DNA of 63,979 bases, filler included, from Octopus bimaculoides (taxonomy: Eukaryota): assembly GCF_001194135.2 (NCBI RefSeq). It is 6 parts of 6 records of this genome, joined end to end, with 100 filler letters (N's around TTAATTAATTAA, not from the genome) between each part and the next. Parts side by side here need not be neighbours in the genome. Positions count along the whole stretch, not along the records: positions 47,964 to 55,879 come from NC_068988.1; positions 55,980 to 62,511 come from NC_068981.1; 4 more parts are not named here. One strand, given 5' to 3'. The stretch's first letter is position 1, and every line of letters starts with the position of its first letter. This document shows, in pieces, positions 49,830-62,310 of this stretch. A program made the position numbers and the translations under genes. A model generated the notes under the pieces. It was given only the letters and a program-made list of their open reading frames with translations, did not search any database and had not been told where the DNA came from.

Positions 49830-50640
49830 CAAGCCTGTGTGAAATTTTCAGGACATTTATAAAGTGAATGTTACTCTTACAGCTGTTTCTGGGATATTAG
49901 GGATATCCCTTCATCAGAGACGATGTGAGATGCTTAAATTGAGGGAAATATTAGAGTTCAATGTAAGGAATTATTTTGGAAAAGGAAGGGAATAACGAGT
50001 ATAGAGGGGTATAGGAGAATGAATGTAGAAATAAAAATTAAAGTATATAAAGATGTTATAGTTGCGGTTCCATTATCCAAGGAAAGTAGTGTGTAAAAGT
50101 AGTAGAAATGCTTCTTGTCCGTGGTATGTAAATTCCAATGGAAGTTCACATTTTGTCATTACAAATGGAAAGTGAAGAGACGTAGATTCCATGTGCTATT
50201 CATTCAAAGGGGTCTTGTGATGTGAATGAAAATTTAAGAATTTAGTGGTAGTATTAAGTGAATAGAGAGGGGAGAAGAGATGTGTATGTTAAAATGAGGA
50301 GAGAGGTCAAAAGAAAAAGGTGAGAAAAGAAGGAAAGAAAGTGGAAAGGAAAATGAAAAAAAGAAAAGAAAATGAGTAAAAAGGAGTGAAAGAAAGTGAA
50401 AAAGTAGTGTTAGTTGGTGGTCAAGATATCATGAGGGGTGGGAGAGGTGTAGGGGAGGGTAGGAAGAGATAAGAATATAAGTAATGAATATATGTGAGGT
50501 GTGTGAGGTAGGGTGATATGTCAGAGTGGCACTAAGGGATGGGTACAGAAAAGGGTATGGGAGGGGATCTCTAAAGTGCATAGTAAATCTGAAAACGGAA
50601 GAGAATGTTTTCCTTGGGTAAAGCATCTTAGCAGGGACCT
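49830..50640 (-). mobile_element. Probable Penelope-type pseudo-LTR/3' region (pyrimidine-rich on minus) ending in a hammerhead motif
   Basis: Strong strand asymmetry, with the HHR near the 3' end followed by microsatellite. No clear ORF, so the assignment is by architecture. Confidence 0.45.
49875..49920 (-). ncRNA. Minimal type-I hammerhead ribozyme motif
   Basis: Minus strand: TCT-CTGATGA-A-GGGATAT cccta ATATCCC-A-GAAAC-AGCT-GT-A-AGA. 7-bp stem II, palindromic stem III ACAGCTGT, GUA cleavage triplet, 3-bp stem I. Confidence 0.8.
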
Positions 50641-51305
50641 CGATGAAAATCGAATGAATTCATATTTAACAATAACATACTAGCATATAATACTGGCGAA
50701 AACGAAAGTGCCGTAGGAAATAGAATCATAAAACCTATTAAAACATATATAAGCTAAATATTTTAACGTAGTACCCGTCAAATATTACGTGTATCCGGGT
50801 TTTATGCCATTATTCAAAAATTCTAGGTATTATTTATCGAATCTTGCTCCTTTCTTGTGTGTATGTGTATGCGCGCGTGTGTGTGTGTGTGTGTGTGTGT
50901 GTATGCGTGTGTGTGTGTGTGCATGTGCGTGAGTGCGTATGCGTGTGTATGTATTTCAGTCGCTCTTTTATTTTTTCTCATTTTTTTTTACCCTCCTAAC
51001 CTTAATTGTTCGCATTGGCATTGACACACATATACTCCGTTCTTTTTTGTCGCCTTTCCTCCTTCTCTCTCCCTCTCTTCCCCCTCTCTCTCCCTCTCTT
51101 CCCTCTTTCTCTCTCTCCCTCTATTCCCTCTCTCTCCCTCTCTTCCCCCTCTCTCTCTCCCTCTCTTCCCTCTCTCTCTCTCCCCCTGTGTCACTCTTTG
51201 TCTCTCTGCTTCTATACATATGTGTGTATGACACTCACGTTTTCTGTCTATCAAAATCTTTCTCCAACTCTTCTCATATCGCACACTCCTCACGCCACCG
51301 CGAGC

Positions 51306-51340
<35 letters not shown>

Positions 51341-51699
51341 NNNNNNNNNNNNNNNNNNNNNNNNNNNNNNNNNNNNNNNNNNNNNNNNNNNNNNNNNNNN
51401 NNNNNNNNNNNNNNNNNNNNNNNNNNNNNNNNNNNNNNNNNNNNNNNNNNNNNNNNNNNNNNNNNNNNNNNNNNNNNNNNNNNNNNNNNNNNNNNNNNNN
51501 NNNNNNNNNNNNNNNNNNNNNNNNNNNNNNNNNNNNNNNNNNNNNNNNNNNNNNNNNNNNNNNNNNNNNNNNNNNNNNNNNNNNNNNNNNNNNNNNNNNN
51601 NNNNNNNNNNNNNNNNNNNNNNNNNNNNNNNNNNNNNNNNNNNNNNNNNNNNNNNNACCCTGTTTGATTATTATTCATTTACCAGATAGAGTTAGCATA

Positions 51700-51870
51700 A
51701 GCGTAGGCGCGGCTGTGTGCTTCACGGGTTTGCATCTGAGCCTTGTGATCTTAGGGTTTAGCCTCATTGCGTGGCACTTTGGGCCAGGGATTTCTACAAT
51801 AGCCCCGGACCCACCACAAAACCTTGTGAATGGATTTGACAAACAGAAACTGAATGAAGCCTGCCGTGAA
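51700..51870 (+). mobile_element. SINE family B, degenerate 5' half
   Basis: GGCGCGGCTGTGTG...GTGGCACTTTGGGCCAGG...GAAACTGAATGAAGCC. Confidence 0.7.
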
Positions 51871-51927
51871 CACGCACACACACACATCTTTGAGCGTGTG
51901 CCTTTGTATTGTGTTTGAAGGCGGTTC

Positions 51928-52830
51928 CTAGAGGTGGGCATTAACTTTGACCACCGAGCAGATGCCGCTGTGCATTGCAGCGATCCAACCTTTGAAGATT
52001 GGGCCGAAGCCAATTGCCTTGAGGATAGTCCCCAGGTACCGATGGTCAACACTATCGAATGCTTTCGTTTGATCTAAATTGATCAGAGGCCCACCGAAAC
52101 CAGGTTTACACCCTAGCCTTTCTATGATGTATTGCATGAGGTGGAGGTTGTCGTATATAGACTTGTTCGGGATTGCGCATGTTTGCGCCTCTCCATCCAA
52201 ATCCTCGACGACAAGCGCCAACCTCTTTGCTAACACCTTGGCCAAAATCTTAAACTCTGTGTTGAATAGAGTTATGGGCCTGAAGTTATCTAATGTGTCC
52301 CTCTTGCTTTCATCTTTCCTTATCAGCGTCACTACGCCCCATCTCACAGAACTGGGAATATTCCCGTTCGGCTGCCAGTTGCAGTAGAGCGCTTCGAGGA
52401 GATCGGAGAACAAGTCTGGCATATTCACATAAAGCTCGTAGGGCAGACCATCCAAACCAGGTGACTTTCGCCTCAGGCAGCCGACAAGGGCATCCTGAAT
52501 TTCGGCTGAAGTTATCAGCCTTTCGCAGCGCTCAGCGTCGGCCGTCGAGAGGCGCGACAAGCCGTCGAGGTAGGGATTGAAGTTCGACACCGTCTCTGAC
52601 CAGCCACTCCCCACGAACAACTGAGCATAGTGCTGGCGAAAGGCCTCACACATCTGTCTGGAATCGCTCAGCTCGTATCTGTCTCGATTCGTCAAAGACC
52701 GAATTGTGGTTTTGTTACCATGCTGCACCTTCGTCACGCAGACCCATCGAACAGTTTTGGTTCCATCGTTTCTCAGAGCATGCGCCTTAATTCTGACAAT
52801 GCAACCTTCATGTTTCGCATTGAAGCAATG
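51928..52830 (-). mobile_element. Tx1/L1-clade LINE ORF2 fragment (reverse transcriptase N-terminal half)
   Basis: Open ~300-aa frame: KSPGLDGLPYELY, GVVTLIRK, NFRPITLFNTEFKILAKVLAKRL, QTCAIP, LINLDQTKAFDSVDH. Confidence 0.92.
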
Positions 52831-52844
52831 GTCTAATCCCATTA

Positions 52845-54257
52845 TCGTTACTAGCACAGCTCTCTGCATTCAATAAAACTGTGGACCACAATGTGTTTGC
52901 AGTGCCAGTACTCATATCAACATTTGGGCTACTCGATTGGACGCTTGATGAGATTCGAGTCATCGATGTGAAAACCCAGAAAATTCTAACCAGCACACAT
53001 AATTTCCACGTCAGCAGTGACGTAAATCGCTTCTACCTAAAACGAAAACAAGGGTCAGAGACTTAACTACAATCCAGGCTGCCTTTGAATGTCGTATTAT
53101 ATCCCTTTGGCAACATAATTTAACCACCAAGTATCAAAGTGCATCCCTTGACCAAGTTTGCATACAAGTGGTTGATAACATTATGTGACTTGGAAAGCAG
53201 CTCCTTGAGCAACATTCCTTGTCTGATAACCTTAAATACATGCCCAAAGAAGAGGCCTCTACCGTAACATTTTTTAATCATCAGATAAAAAGATAAACAT
53301 ATGAGAGCAGAAGACCATGCATGGATATGTTAATAGAAAGTTCCCGGATTACTGACTCTCACTTTGAAGGGTATGCGTTTGTAATCCAGGAATAGGGAAT
53401 ATCAACAAAATACCTAATACACAAAAGGGAGACGCAGGGAAAACAGCAAAGTTTGATAACCCATACAAACTTTGTGGAGTTAATACCGAAGATATTACCC
53501 GCATCATAAATAGTTAATCGAAAATGTCATCACGGTTTTATCTACCAATGAGTCATGATGTTGTAGCTAGGATACTGTATAATGAGATCCGTCAGAAGGA
53601 TAACTCTGAGGCCAAAGAAATAAGAACCCACAATATGGTTTAAGCCATAGCCACTCATAATAAAAAGAAGTACTGATGGAATGTCCCAGTGAAAACCTCA
53701 ATAAAATGTAATCATAACAAACCTGACATAGTAATTTGGGATAGAGAAGAGAAATTGTGTAGAGTTGTGGAAATCAGCTGCCCTAGCAGATGTTAACATA
53801 AAGCTAAAGATCAGCAAAAAAGAAAATATGTACGCTGTACTATTGAGGAATCTACAACCACTCCATCCAGATTACAAATTATTGGGATATGTAACACCCT
53901 GCCTAAACAACAAACTTGAGAAATTAAACTTCTCATAACCAGAAAAGAGGAAGCTGATTCGAAGGCTACAGATCCAAGCTATCACTGGAACTGTAAAAAT
54001 TTATAAAACTTTCCAAAAGTTTATCATTTAAATATAGAGGTGTGAGTCTAGCCATACCGCTATTTGCATGAGAAGACATACATAAAACAAAACATACAAA
54101 TCTGCACACATACATACATACATACATACATACATACATACATACAAAAATACCGTTATTGTTGAAATTCCAACGAAGGAGTCTTGGATCTAGTTAGAAA
54201 CAGGCCTTTCTCTATTGGTAAGAAATCTTGAAATGAAACTGAATAATGACATACATA
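52845..54257 (+). mobile_element. R4-like RLE LINE, 5'-truncated, pseudogenised; 3' UTR contains and ends in CATA repeats
   Basis: NVFAVPVL..TFGLLDWTLDEIR.ID.KT.KILT...FH..SDV.R.YLKRKQG; HNKPDIVIWDREEKLC.VVEISCP; IQAITGTVKIYKTFQKFII*. Confidence 0.85.
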
Positions 54258-54274
54258 AATTTCAATCTTCTATT

Positions 54275-55110
54275 CTTTTACTTGCTTCAGTCATTGGACC
54301 GCGTCCATGCTGGGGCATCACCTGGAAGAATATTTCGTCGAACAAATCGACTCCAGTACTTATTCAATTAAAGCCTGGGTAATATAAACACACCAAAATC
54401 AAGCGGTGATTAGGGAACAAAGACACACACAAGGACACACATGCACACATATATTATACGACGGGCCTCTTTCAGTCACAAGGATTCGGTTGGCCCGAAG
54501 TTATTGTAGAAGACACTTGCACAAGGAGCTATGCAGTGGGATTGAACCCGAAACCATGAGGTTGGGTTTAATACTGCTTCTTACCATGCAGTCACGCTGT
54601 ATATTCTTACCACACAGTTGCGCAGTATGTTTATATGCATATATAACTTTCCTTTTATCCCCTTTCTATTCCATTACTTTCTGATACTGGTTTCAAAGTT
54701 TGACTCAAGGTCAGCAATTTCTGGGAAGAGGGTAAGTCGATTTCATCAACCCCAGTGCTCAACGTATGTATCGACCTCAAAAGGATGAAAGCCAAAGTCA
54801 ACCGAAGGAGAATTTGAACCCAGACCGCTAACCATTTTACCCGACGTGCTAACGATTCTTTCGGTCTCTTTTGGCGAACCGTTAAGTTACGGGGACGTAA
54901 ACACACTAACATCAGTTGTCAAGCGATGGTGGAGGACAAACACAGACACACAAACACACACTCATATGCAACGGGATTCTTTCAGTTTCTGTCTACCAAA
55001 TCCATTCACAAGGCTTAGGTCGGCCCGTGGCTATAGTAGAAGACAGTTGTCCAAGGTGCCATGCAGTGGGACTGAACCCGGAACCATGTGGTTGGGAAGC
55101 AAGCTTCTTT
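54275..55110 (-). mobile_element. Cluster of SINE B (54275-54600, 54860-55110) and SINE A (54690-54858) copies
   Basis: Reverse-complement matches to the consensus segments. Confidence 0.75.
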
Positions 55111-55456
55111 ATTTCATTAAATTTGCCACAAAAACATCACGTAGACAGAAGCAAGTGCGGGTTGGACACAGACACAATGATGATGATGGAATGAAAATAG
55201 AGATGGTTGGTGGGGGAAGCAGCCAACGCCCGCCGATTGTTACTTCCCGATAACATTGTTCTTATTTTTATTTTAAAAAACACAAACGAGGTGTTGAACC
55301 TCTTACAATAATTACAAATTGAGGCGCTGAGCCTCTTATCAATCAAAAAACTTCAGAAAATATTCAACTTGTGGCGCTAAGCCTCTTAACAATCTCCAAG
55401 ATCTAATCGAAGCGCTAAAACCTCTTAATCTGCCTTCCCGGTTAAGTCTCTTGCCG

Positions 55457-55630
55457 CCTGCAGGCAATCCTGCAGGCAATCCTGCAGGCAATCCTGCAGG
55501 CAATCCTGCAGGCAATCCTGCAGGCAATCCTGCAGGCAATCCTGCAGGCAATCCTGCAGGCAATCTTGCAGGCAATCCTGCAGGCAATCCTGCAGGCAAT
55601 CCTGCAGGCAATCTTGCAGGCAATCCTGCA
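55457..55630. repeat. GC-rich 12-bp minisatellite (CCTGCAGGCAAT) x ~14
   Basis: Direct inspection. Two units carry the same CTTGCAGG variant. Confidence 0.95.
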
Positions 55631-55879
55631 GTCGCAAGCCGGGGTCCCAAAAAGATAATTATATTCTTCATTAGTAAAGCAATCTATCACCCTATAGAAA
55701 TTATTTTCCTCTCTATGACCTCTGCAGTCACATGCGGAGGCCAATTCGGGCTACATCCACTCCAGCGCATATCTTACTTGTAGCAATGTAGGTGTTTCTA
55801 ACAACCTAGTCATATTTAGTGACAATTATAGTTTTCCTTTTTCGTAAAACAATGCAAACTGTTGTCTATTTCAATTATA

Positions 55880-55979
55880 NNNNNNNNNNNNNNNNNNNNN
55901 NNNNNNNNNNNNNNNNNNNNNNNTTAATTAATTAANNNNNNNNNNNNNNNNNNNNNNNNNNNNNNNNNNNNNNNNNNNN
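55880..55979. other. Artificial assembly linker N44-TTAATTAATTAA-N44
   Basis: Exact 100-bp structure. Confidence 0.9.
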
Positions 55980-56058
55980 TCTAACTTGTTGTCTCTTGAG
56001 GTCTCTGGGTGAGACTTGGATCCAACTTGTACAAATGCAAAACAAAAGTCAAACATAA

Positions 56059-56133
<75 letters not shown>

Positions 56134-56137
<4 letters not shown>

Positions 56138-57072
56138 CAAACCTCAAAATACCTAGGAATAATTGAAGCCTCTGGTATCCAGCATGCAAGCATGAAAGAG
56201 AAGGTTAGGAAGGAATATTATAGTAGAGTTCGAGCAGTTCTGAAGTCTGAGCTGTATGCATGTAATAAGGTGCTAGCCATAAATTCCTTAGCAGTCCCAA
56301 TTGTTCTTTATAGCTTCAATGTGCTTAATTGGAATACCAGTGAAATAATGAAAATTGATAGAAAAATCCGCAAGTTACCGACTTGTAATAAGATGAACCA
56401 TCCAAAGGCAGACGTGGATCATCTTTACCTTCCCAGATCTCAGGGAGGTCGCGGCTTGGTCCAGCTTGAACTTACGTACAAAACCATTACAATCGCACTG
56501 GCCAAGTACCTTGAAACAACCAAAGATTGGATGCTGAAACTTGTTGAAAATCATGAAAGACCAAAAAAAACTTCACTCTATTCTGAAAGAGAGTAACAAA
56601 TTCGTTACTGGTCTCTTAGATACCCACCAGCTTGATCAGGTTGAAGGAAATTCGCCAACTTCTTCTGCAAAGAAAATAAAAATAATTGCAAAGACAAAAG
56701 CACATGAAAAATTAGCTAGCAGATGGGAAAAGAAACCTCTGCATGGCAAGTATGTGGCTCGTAGCAAACAAGCTGATGTCGACAAGAAACACTCGCATCA
56801 ATGGTTACGAAGCTCAGGGCTAAAACCAGAGATTGAAGGTTTCCTAGTAGCTGCTCAAGACCAAAGCTTATTAACCCGGAACTACCAAGCCAAAGTGATG
56901 AAATACGGAGCTGACCCACAATGCCGATTCTGTAACGATGAGATTGAAACTATAGACCACCTAACCTCAGGGTGTAGAGCCTTAGAACCTGTAGAATATA
57001 AAGCAAGACATGACAGAGTCGGCCAGTATTTACAGTGGACAATATGTCGGTATTATAAGATCAATTCCGCTG
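56134..57072 (+). mobile_element. R4/Dong-like RLE LINE fragment (RT thumb to CCHC knuckle), starting directly after (AAT)n
   Basis: KYLGI, AIN..AVPIV.YSF, HPKADVD.LYLPR..GGRGL, LHGKY, WLRSSGLKPE.EGFLVAAQDQSL.TRNY, CRFCNDEIETIDHLTSGC, YKARHDRVG. One frameshift. Confidence 0.92.
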
Positions 57073-58301
57073 ACACAAACGATTTGAGGCATTTCTCTCG
57101 ATTCTATACTTTCTGAGTTCAAATTCAGCCCAGGTCGACTTTACATTTCATCCTTCTTGTATCATTGAAAGAAGCACCAGTTGATCACTGGTATAGATGC
57201 AATGAATTAACCCACTGCTACCAAAACGTTCTTGATTTCTATCTATAGTAGAAAGGATTATTAATATTGTTATTCAAAAAGTGACATTTCATTTAAGACG
57301 GAAATTTTAGGGGTAACAAGTATTTTTCAGATAATAGCCCACGAATTATGTTATATCAGTTGATTTGAATACGAAGATCACTCTTTATAAAATGCTATTC
57401 AAATCGGATGAACTCTATTAAAACAACATTATGGAAATTTTCAACGAATGCATAGACTAATGTAAAAATACTTTATTCGAAGAGATCCATTGCAACGATA
57501 ATCGCGGTCTTTAAAGTAATATATCATTACCTTTAAAGATAATAGTATATCATACAGATGATATAGTATTTTGCACTGAAAAATATCCGAGGGAAACGAA
57601 GCCTATGCTAGGATGACTACAGGTCAACATCTGCCGTGTAATATCACATACTTGAAGAATAATTATACGGAAGTATATATTTTATATGGAGGATATATAG
57701 AAATAGTATTTTATTTATATTTCAGGATCAAATTTCTTTGATTGTGCCATATTATGTCTGTTTATTGGCTTCACGCACACTATATTTATTAAATGTTTAC
57801 ACATGGGAATGAAGTCTACATATTGTTTGATGAACTCGATTATCGGATTTTGTTTTTTCAATAATAGATCTTGCGCCGACGGGTAATATCATACGAGCTG
57901 CTATCAGACAAAACCTCCAGAGAACACTTTATGACAGATTCCACTCAATCAAAGCAGTAACTTCACAAAACCTATCACCAAACCCATTAGAATAAATATA
58001 AACCCTTCCTCTATCAGAGAAGAGTGCTCGTAAATACATTAGCAGAAGAGAGAATTCGTGCAATTATTCATTTAAACAAACAACTTATTACTTTTGTTTT
58101 CCTATAATTTATCAAACATATTTCGGACCGAAAATTCTGAGCAAATGGAGAAATGGAGATTATATTATATATTAGCTTACAAATCATTGTATAATAAATA
58201 ATATTACATGATAGAACGCTAGGAAATAAATGATGATCATTTGATATAAATTCATTGAAAAGCGTTGTAAAATACCTAACTTCATAGCATAAACAATAAC
58301 C

Positions 58302-58394
<93 letters not shown>

Positions 58395-58460
58395 NNNNNN
58401 NNNNGTGTGTATGTGTGTGTGTGTGTGTAGGGAAAGAGAGAAATATATATATGTATACGG

Positions 58461-58492
<32 letters not shown>

Positions 58493-60759
58493 TTATATTA
58501 TATTATATTATATCTTATATTTTATTATATTATATTATATTATATTATAATGTATATATAGTCATAGTTTGTAAGACCAGTAATTCATCATATTGTTTGC
58601 AAGGCAACACATTACATATCTATTGAATATCTAAATTGTAAATATTGATATAATGCCGGCGATATCACATGAATTATAGGAATATTGAAATTCGGGACCC
58701 TTTAAGTGCATGGAAAACTGAAACAAAAGTTTCCATGCTATATTTTCCACATGTAATTCACTTGCGATGCCAGATTTACTATAATCGGAACATATATAAA
58801 TTATTCCGTAGATTTGATAGCATTCTGTAATTGAAACGAAAATAGAAGTCCTGCCATATACGCTATATTTATAGATCCGTTTGCATTGCAGTCACACTCA
58901 CAACCATACACGACCCTCATACGAACATTTGTTTGTAATTTTGGTACACGAGCAGTAACTTTAAGGGTAGAGGGTTAGTTGATTACATCAATTCCAATAC
59001 TCATCTGGTACTTGATTTATCGTCTCTGGATAGCGAAACGGTAAAATAACCACGTTGGAATTTTAACTCGATACGCAAGAAGCCAAAAGAAATATTGCAA
59101 GACAATGTTTCCGACGGTTTAAGGATTCTGATTGATCCTTTTATTTTTTATTAATTAGACTATAATAGTTTATTAATTAGTCTGATCCTGTTATTTTTTA
59201 TTAAGTATTCTATAATTAATATTCTGGTACAAAGTCTTCAAGATTTTAGCCTATCATATTGAACGTAGTACGAATTTTTTCATAGCATTTATTTTATTTT
59301 TGCATCTATCAAACCGCTACATTGTTAGACATAACAACACAATAAGAAAGCAAACATGCGCATACGCATACATATCTATATATCTGATCATTGATAATCC
59401 GAGTTAATTCTTTGTAAGCACGCTAATCGTATACATGGATGAACTACGAGAAAAACATAACTTCAACGAAAGGAAAAAAAAAAAAAACTCAGTAAACAAA
59501 AGACAACGTACGAAAGTACTAAATGGATGTAATTAAGTCTGTAATTAAGTCTGTAATTAAGTCTACAGCAACGCGGGAGCAGCACGGTCCTTAGACGTAA
59601 ATAGACTGCTAACAGCATTTAGATATACTTAGACCATCATTGGTTGTGAAACGGTGGGTTGACGGGCAAACNNNNNNNNNNNNNNNNNNNNNNNNNNNNN
59701 NNNNNNNNNNNNNNNNNNNNNNNNNNNNNNNNNNNNNNNNNNNNNNNNNNNNNNNNNNNNNNNNNNNNNNNNNNNNNNNNNNNNNNNNNNNNNNNNNNNN
59801 NNNNNNNNNNNNNNNNNNNNNNNNNNNNNNNNNNNNNNNNNNNNNNNNNNNNNNNNNNNNNNNNNNNNNNNNNNNNNNNNNNNNNNNNNNNNNNNNNNNN
59901 NNNNNNNNNNNNNNNNNNNNNNNNNNNNNNNNNNNNNNNNNNNNNNNNNNNNNNNNNNNNNNNNNNNNNNNNNNNNNNNNNNNNNNNNNNNNNNNNNNNN
60001 NNNNNNNNNNNNNNNNNNNNNNNNNNNNNNNNNNNNNNNNNNNNNNNNNNNNNNNNNNNNNNNNNNNNNNNNNNNNNNNNNNNNNNNNNNNATGTATGTA
60101 TATGTATACGTGTGTGTGTGTGTGTGTGTGTGTGTAACGGGCTCTCATGAGGTTTCCCTCTACAAAATGCTCTCACATGTCGTATGGTTGTCCCAGCGTA
60201 TGGTATAAAACACCTACCCATGATGCTACGCATTCTGACTGGACTGAACACCACGTGTTTGCAAAGTGTGCTTTTCAATCCCACAGCATGCTTGCACGTC
60301 GAGCTCTTTCTAAGACGAACTAAATCACTTAATTAATTATTGTATTTTTTCCTCAATATCGAAAAACATTTAATCAACACTTTCTAATCTATTTATGTCA
60401 TTTTAATTTAGCACCTTCTCCCAACGTTCCTCTATCCGTTATTTCTTCGCAGCTCTTGACCACACATTACTATTTCATTAGATCGTTAGTGTTACATTTA
60501 GAAGCAACTTTGAATTAATATTAGCACAATATTATTCAAATATATTAATTTTTGTTTGTTCAGATGCCCCTCCCCGCCGATTTGCTCTAATAATAACTAG
60601 TACTCTATGAACTACAGAATTTAACGTAATGTATATTTTACATAATACCAGCAATATTCAAGGCGTATTCAAGCCCATAAGGTTAACGTGGCCTCCAAAG
60701 ACATTTCCCACAAATAAAATACATTTAGCGTCATTGTTGCTTCTGATATAACAGTCAAA

Positions 60760-60871
60760 TAAGGTGTCGAGCTGGCAGAATCGTTAGCACGCCGGGCGAA
60801 ATGCTTAGCGGTATTTCGTCTGCCGTTATGTTCTGAGTTCGAATTCCGCCGAGGTCGACTTTGCCTTTCAC
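60760..60871 (+). mobile_element. SINE family A, 5' half
   Basis: GAGCTGGCAGAATCGTTAGCACGCCGGGCG...GAGTTCGAATTCC. Confidence 0.85.
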
Positions 60872-61054
60872 GAGAGCAATCACATACTAGTTCCCTTTGA
60901 TGGGGTCAATTTTATGCAGGCTTTACCGAATCCATAATGCTTTTATTCATTGGCTTTTTGGCAATAATGATGTACTAATTTTTTGTGTTTATTTTAGGGA
61001 TCCATGATTAATCTGCTATTTTTTTGTATACAAGCAGTTATAATGATTTCAAAT

Positions 61055-61703
61055 TTTGGTAACAGACCAGCAATTTCAGAGGAAGGAATAAGTGGATTAA
61101 ATCGACCCCAGTGTTCAACTGGTACCTATTTCATCGAATCCGAAAGGATGAAAGGCAAAGTCGACCTGGGCGAAATCTGAACTCAGAGCGTAAGAAGAAA
61201 AAAACGGACGCACGAAAAGCCACTAAGCATTTCACTCGGCGTGCTAACGTTTCTTATTACTTTATTGCCTACAAGGGACTAAACATAGAGAGGAAAAACA
61301 AGGACAGACAAAGGGATTAAGTCAATTATATCACCCCTAGTGCGCAACTGGTACTTAATTTAGCGACCCCGAAAGGATGATAGGCAACGTTGGCCTCGAG
61401 GAATTTGAACTCAGAACGTAATGTCAGAGGAAATACCGCTAAGCATTTCGCCCAGCATGCTAACGTTTCTTATTTCTTTACTGCCCACAAGGGGCTAGAC
61501 ATAGAGGGGACAAAGAAGGACAGACAAAAGGATTAAGTCGATTATATCGACCCTCGTGCGTAAGTGGTACATATTTAATTGACCTCGAGAGAATGAAAGA
61601 CAAAGTCGACCTCGGCGGAATTTGAACTAAGAACGTACCGGCAGACGAAATACCACTAAGAATTTCGCCCGGCGTGCTAACATTTCTGTCAGCTCGCCTC
61701 CTT
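61055..61703 (-). mobile_element. Head-to-tail trimer of SINE family A (~216-bp period)
   Basis: Junctions TAACGTTTCTTATT at ~61250 and ~61467, with a single 5' head at ~61703. Confidence 0.85.
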
Positions 61704-62165
61704 AACAGCAGTTATATAAGACATATCAGTCTCTTAGACTCGCTATACGTTTACAACAAGGAGCAATCAATCGCAAGACATCATACCGCTTACACCAAAC
61801 AAAATTTATACAAAGCAATACTAGAATATCAGAAAATTCATCACAAAACTGGAAGTTACTATAGTATAAGAGTTAAAACAAAACCCTCGGGGAAAAATTT
61901 TTCGAAAATTCGAACAGAAAGCAAAGCAGATGTCAAATATATTCGATTTCTTGAGGACGCGACTGTGAAGGTCTAGAAATTTCAAGTTTCATTTTTGGAA
62001 CATTATTATTTCAAAATAAGAAGCAAGAACTTTTAAAGAAAAACAAAAAAAAACATGAAAACTGTGATGATAAAAGCGAAACTTGAAAATAAGTGTATCT
62101 TTAGTGAAACACACAAACACACGCATACATACACATATGAGTGTGTTTATGAATATCTATCTATC

Positions 62166-62196
<31 letters not shown>

Positions 62197-62310
62197 CTAT
62201 ATATCTATATATACAGATAAACTTCATTCCCTTTACTCTGTCGGATACGTAGTGTGTTCGTTTTTGGTGAGGTGAGAATTCTGTTTATTTATATATATTC
62301 TTGGGACAAT

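Noticed and set aside
55291-55630. Repeat-spacer pattern and 12-mer array as a CRISPR array
   Set aside because: Eukaryotic context, repeats short and degenerate with irregular spacing, no cas genes.
57726-57882. Open frame between TTTCAG and GG|GTAATA (possible exon)
   Set aside because: AT-rich, no recognisable homology, compatible with chance.
59528-59563. (GTAATTAAGTCT)x3
   Set aside because: Short local slippage repeat with no further structure.
61674-61976. 100-aa ORF
   Set aside because: Start lies inside a SINE and no domain is recognised. Cannot be supported without expression data.
6-62252. Most ORF-track entries (poly-I/Y/N/L, HTHT, VCVC, MYVC, SLSL, and X-filled ORFs)
   Set aside because: They are translations of microsatellites or run through N gaps. 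No coding evidence.
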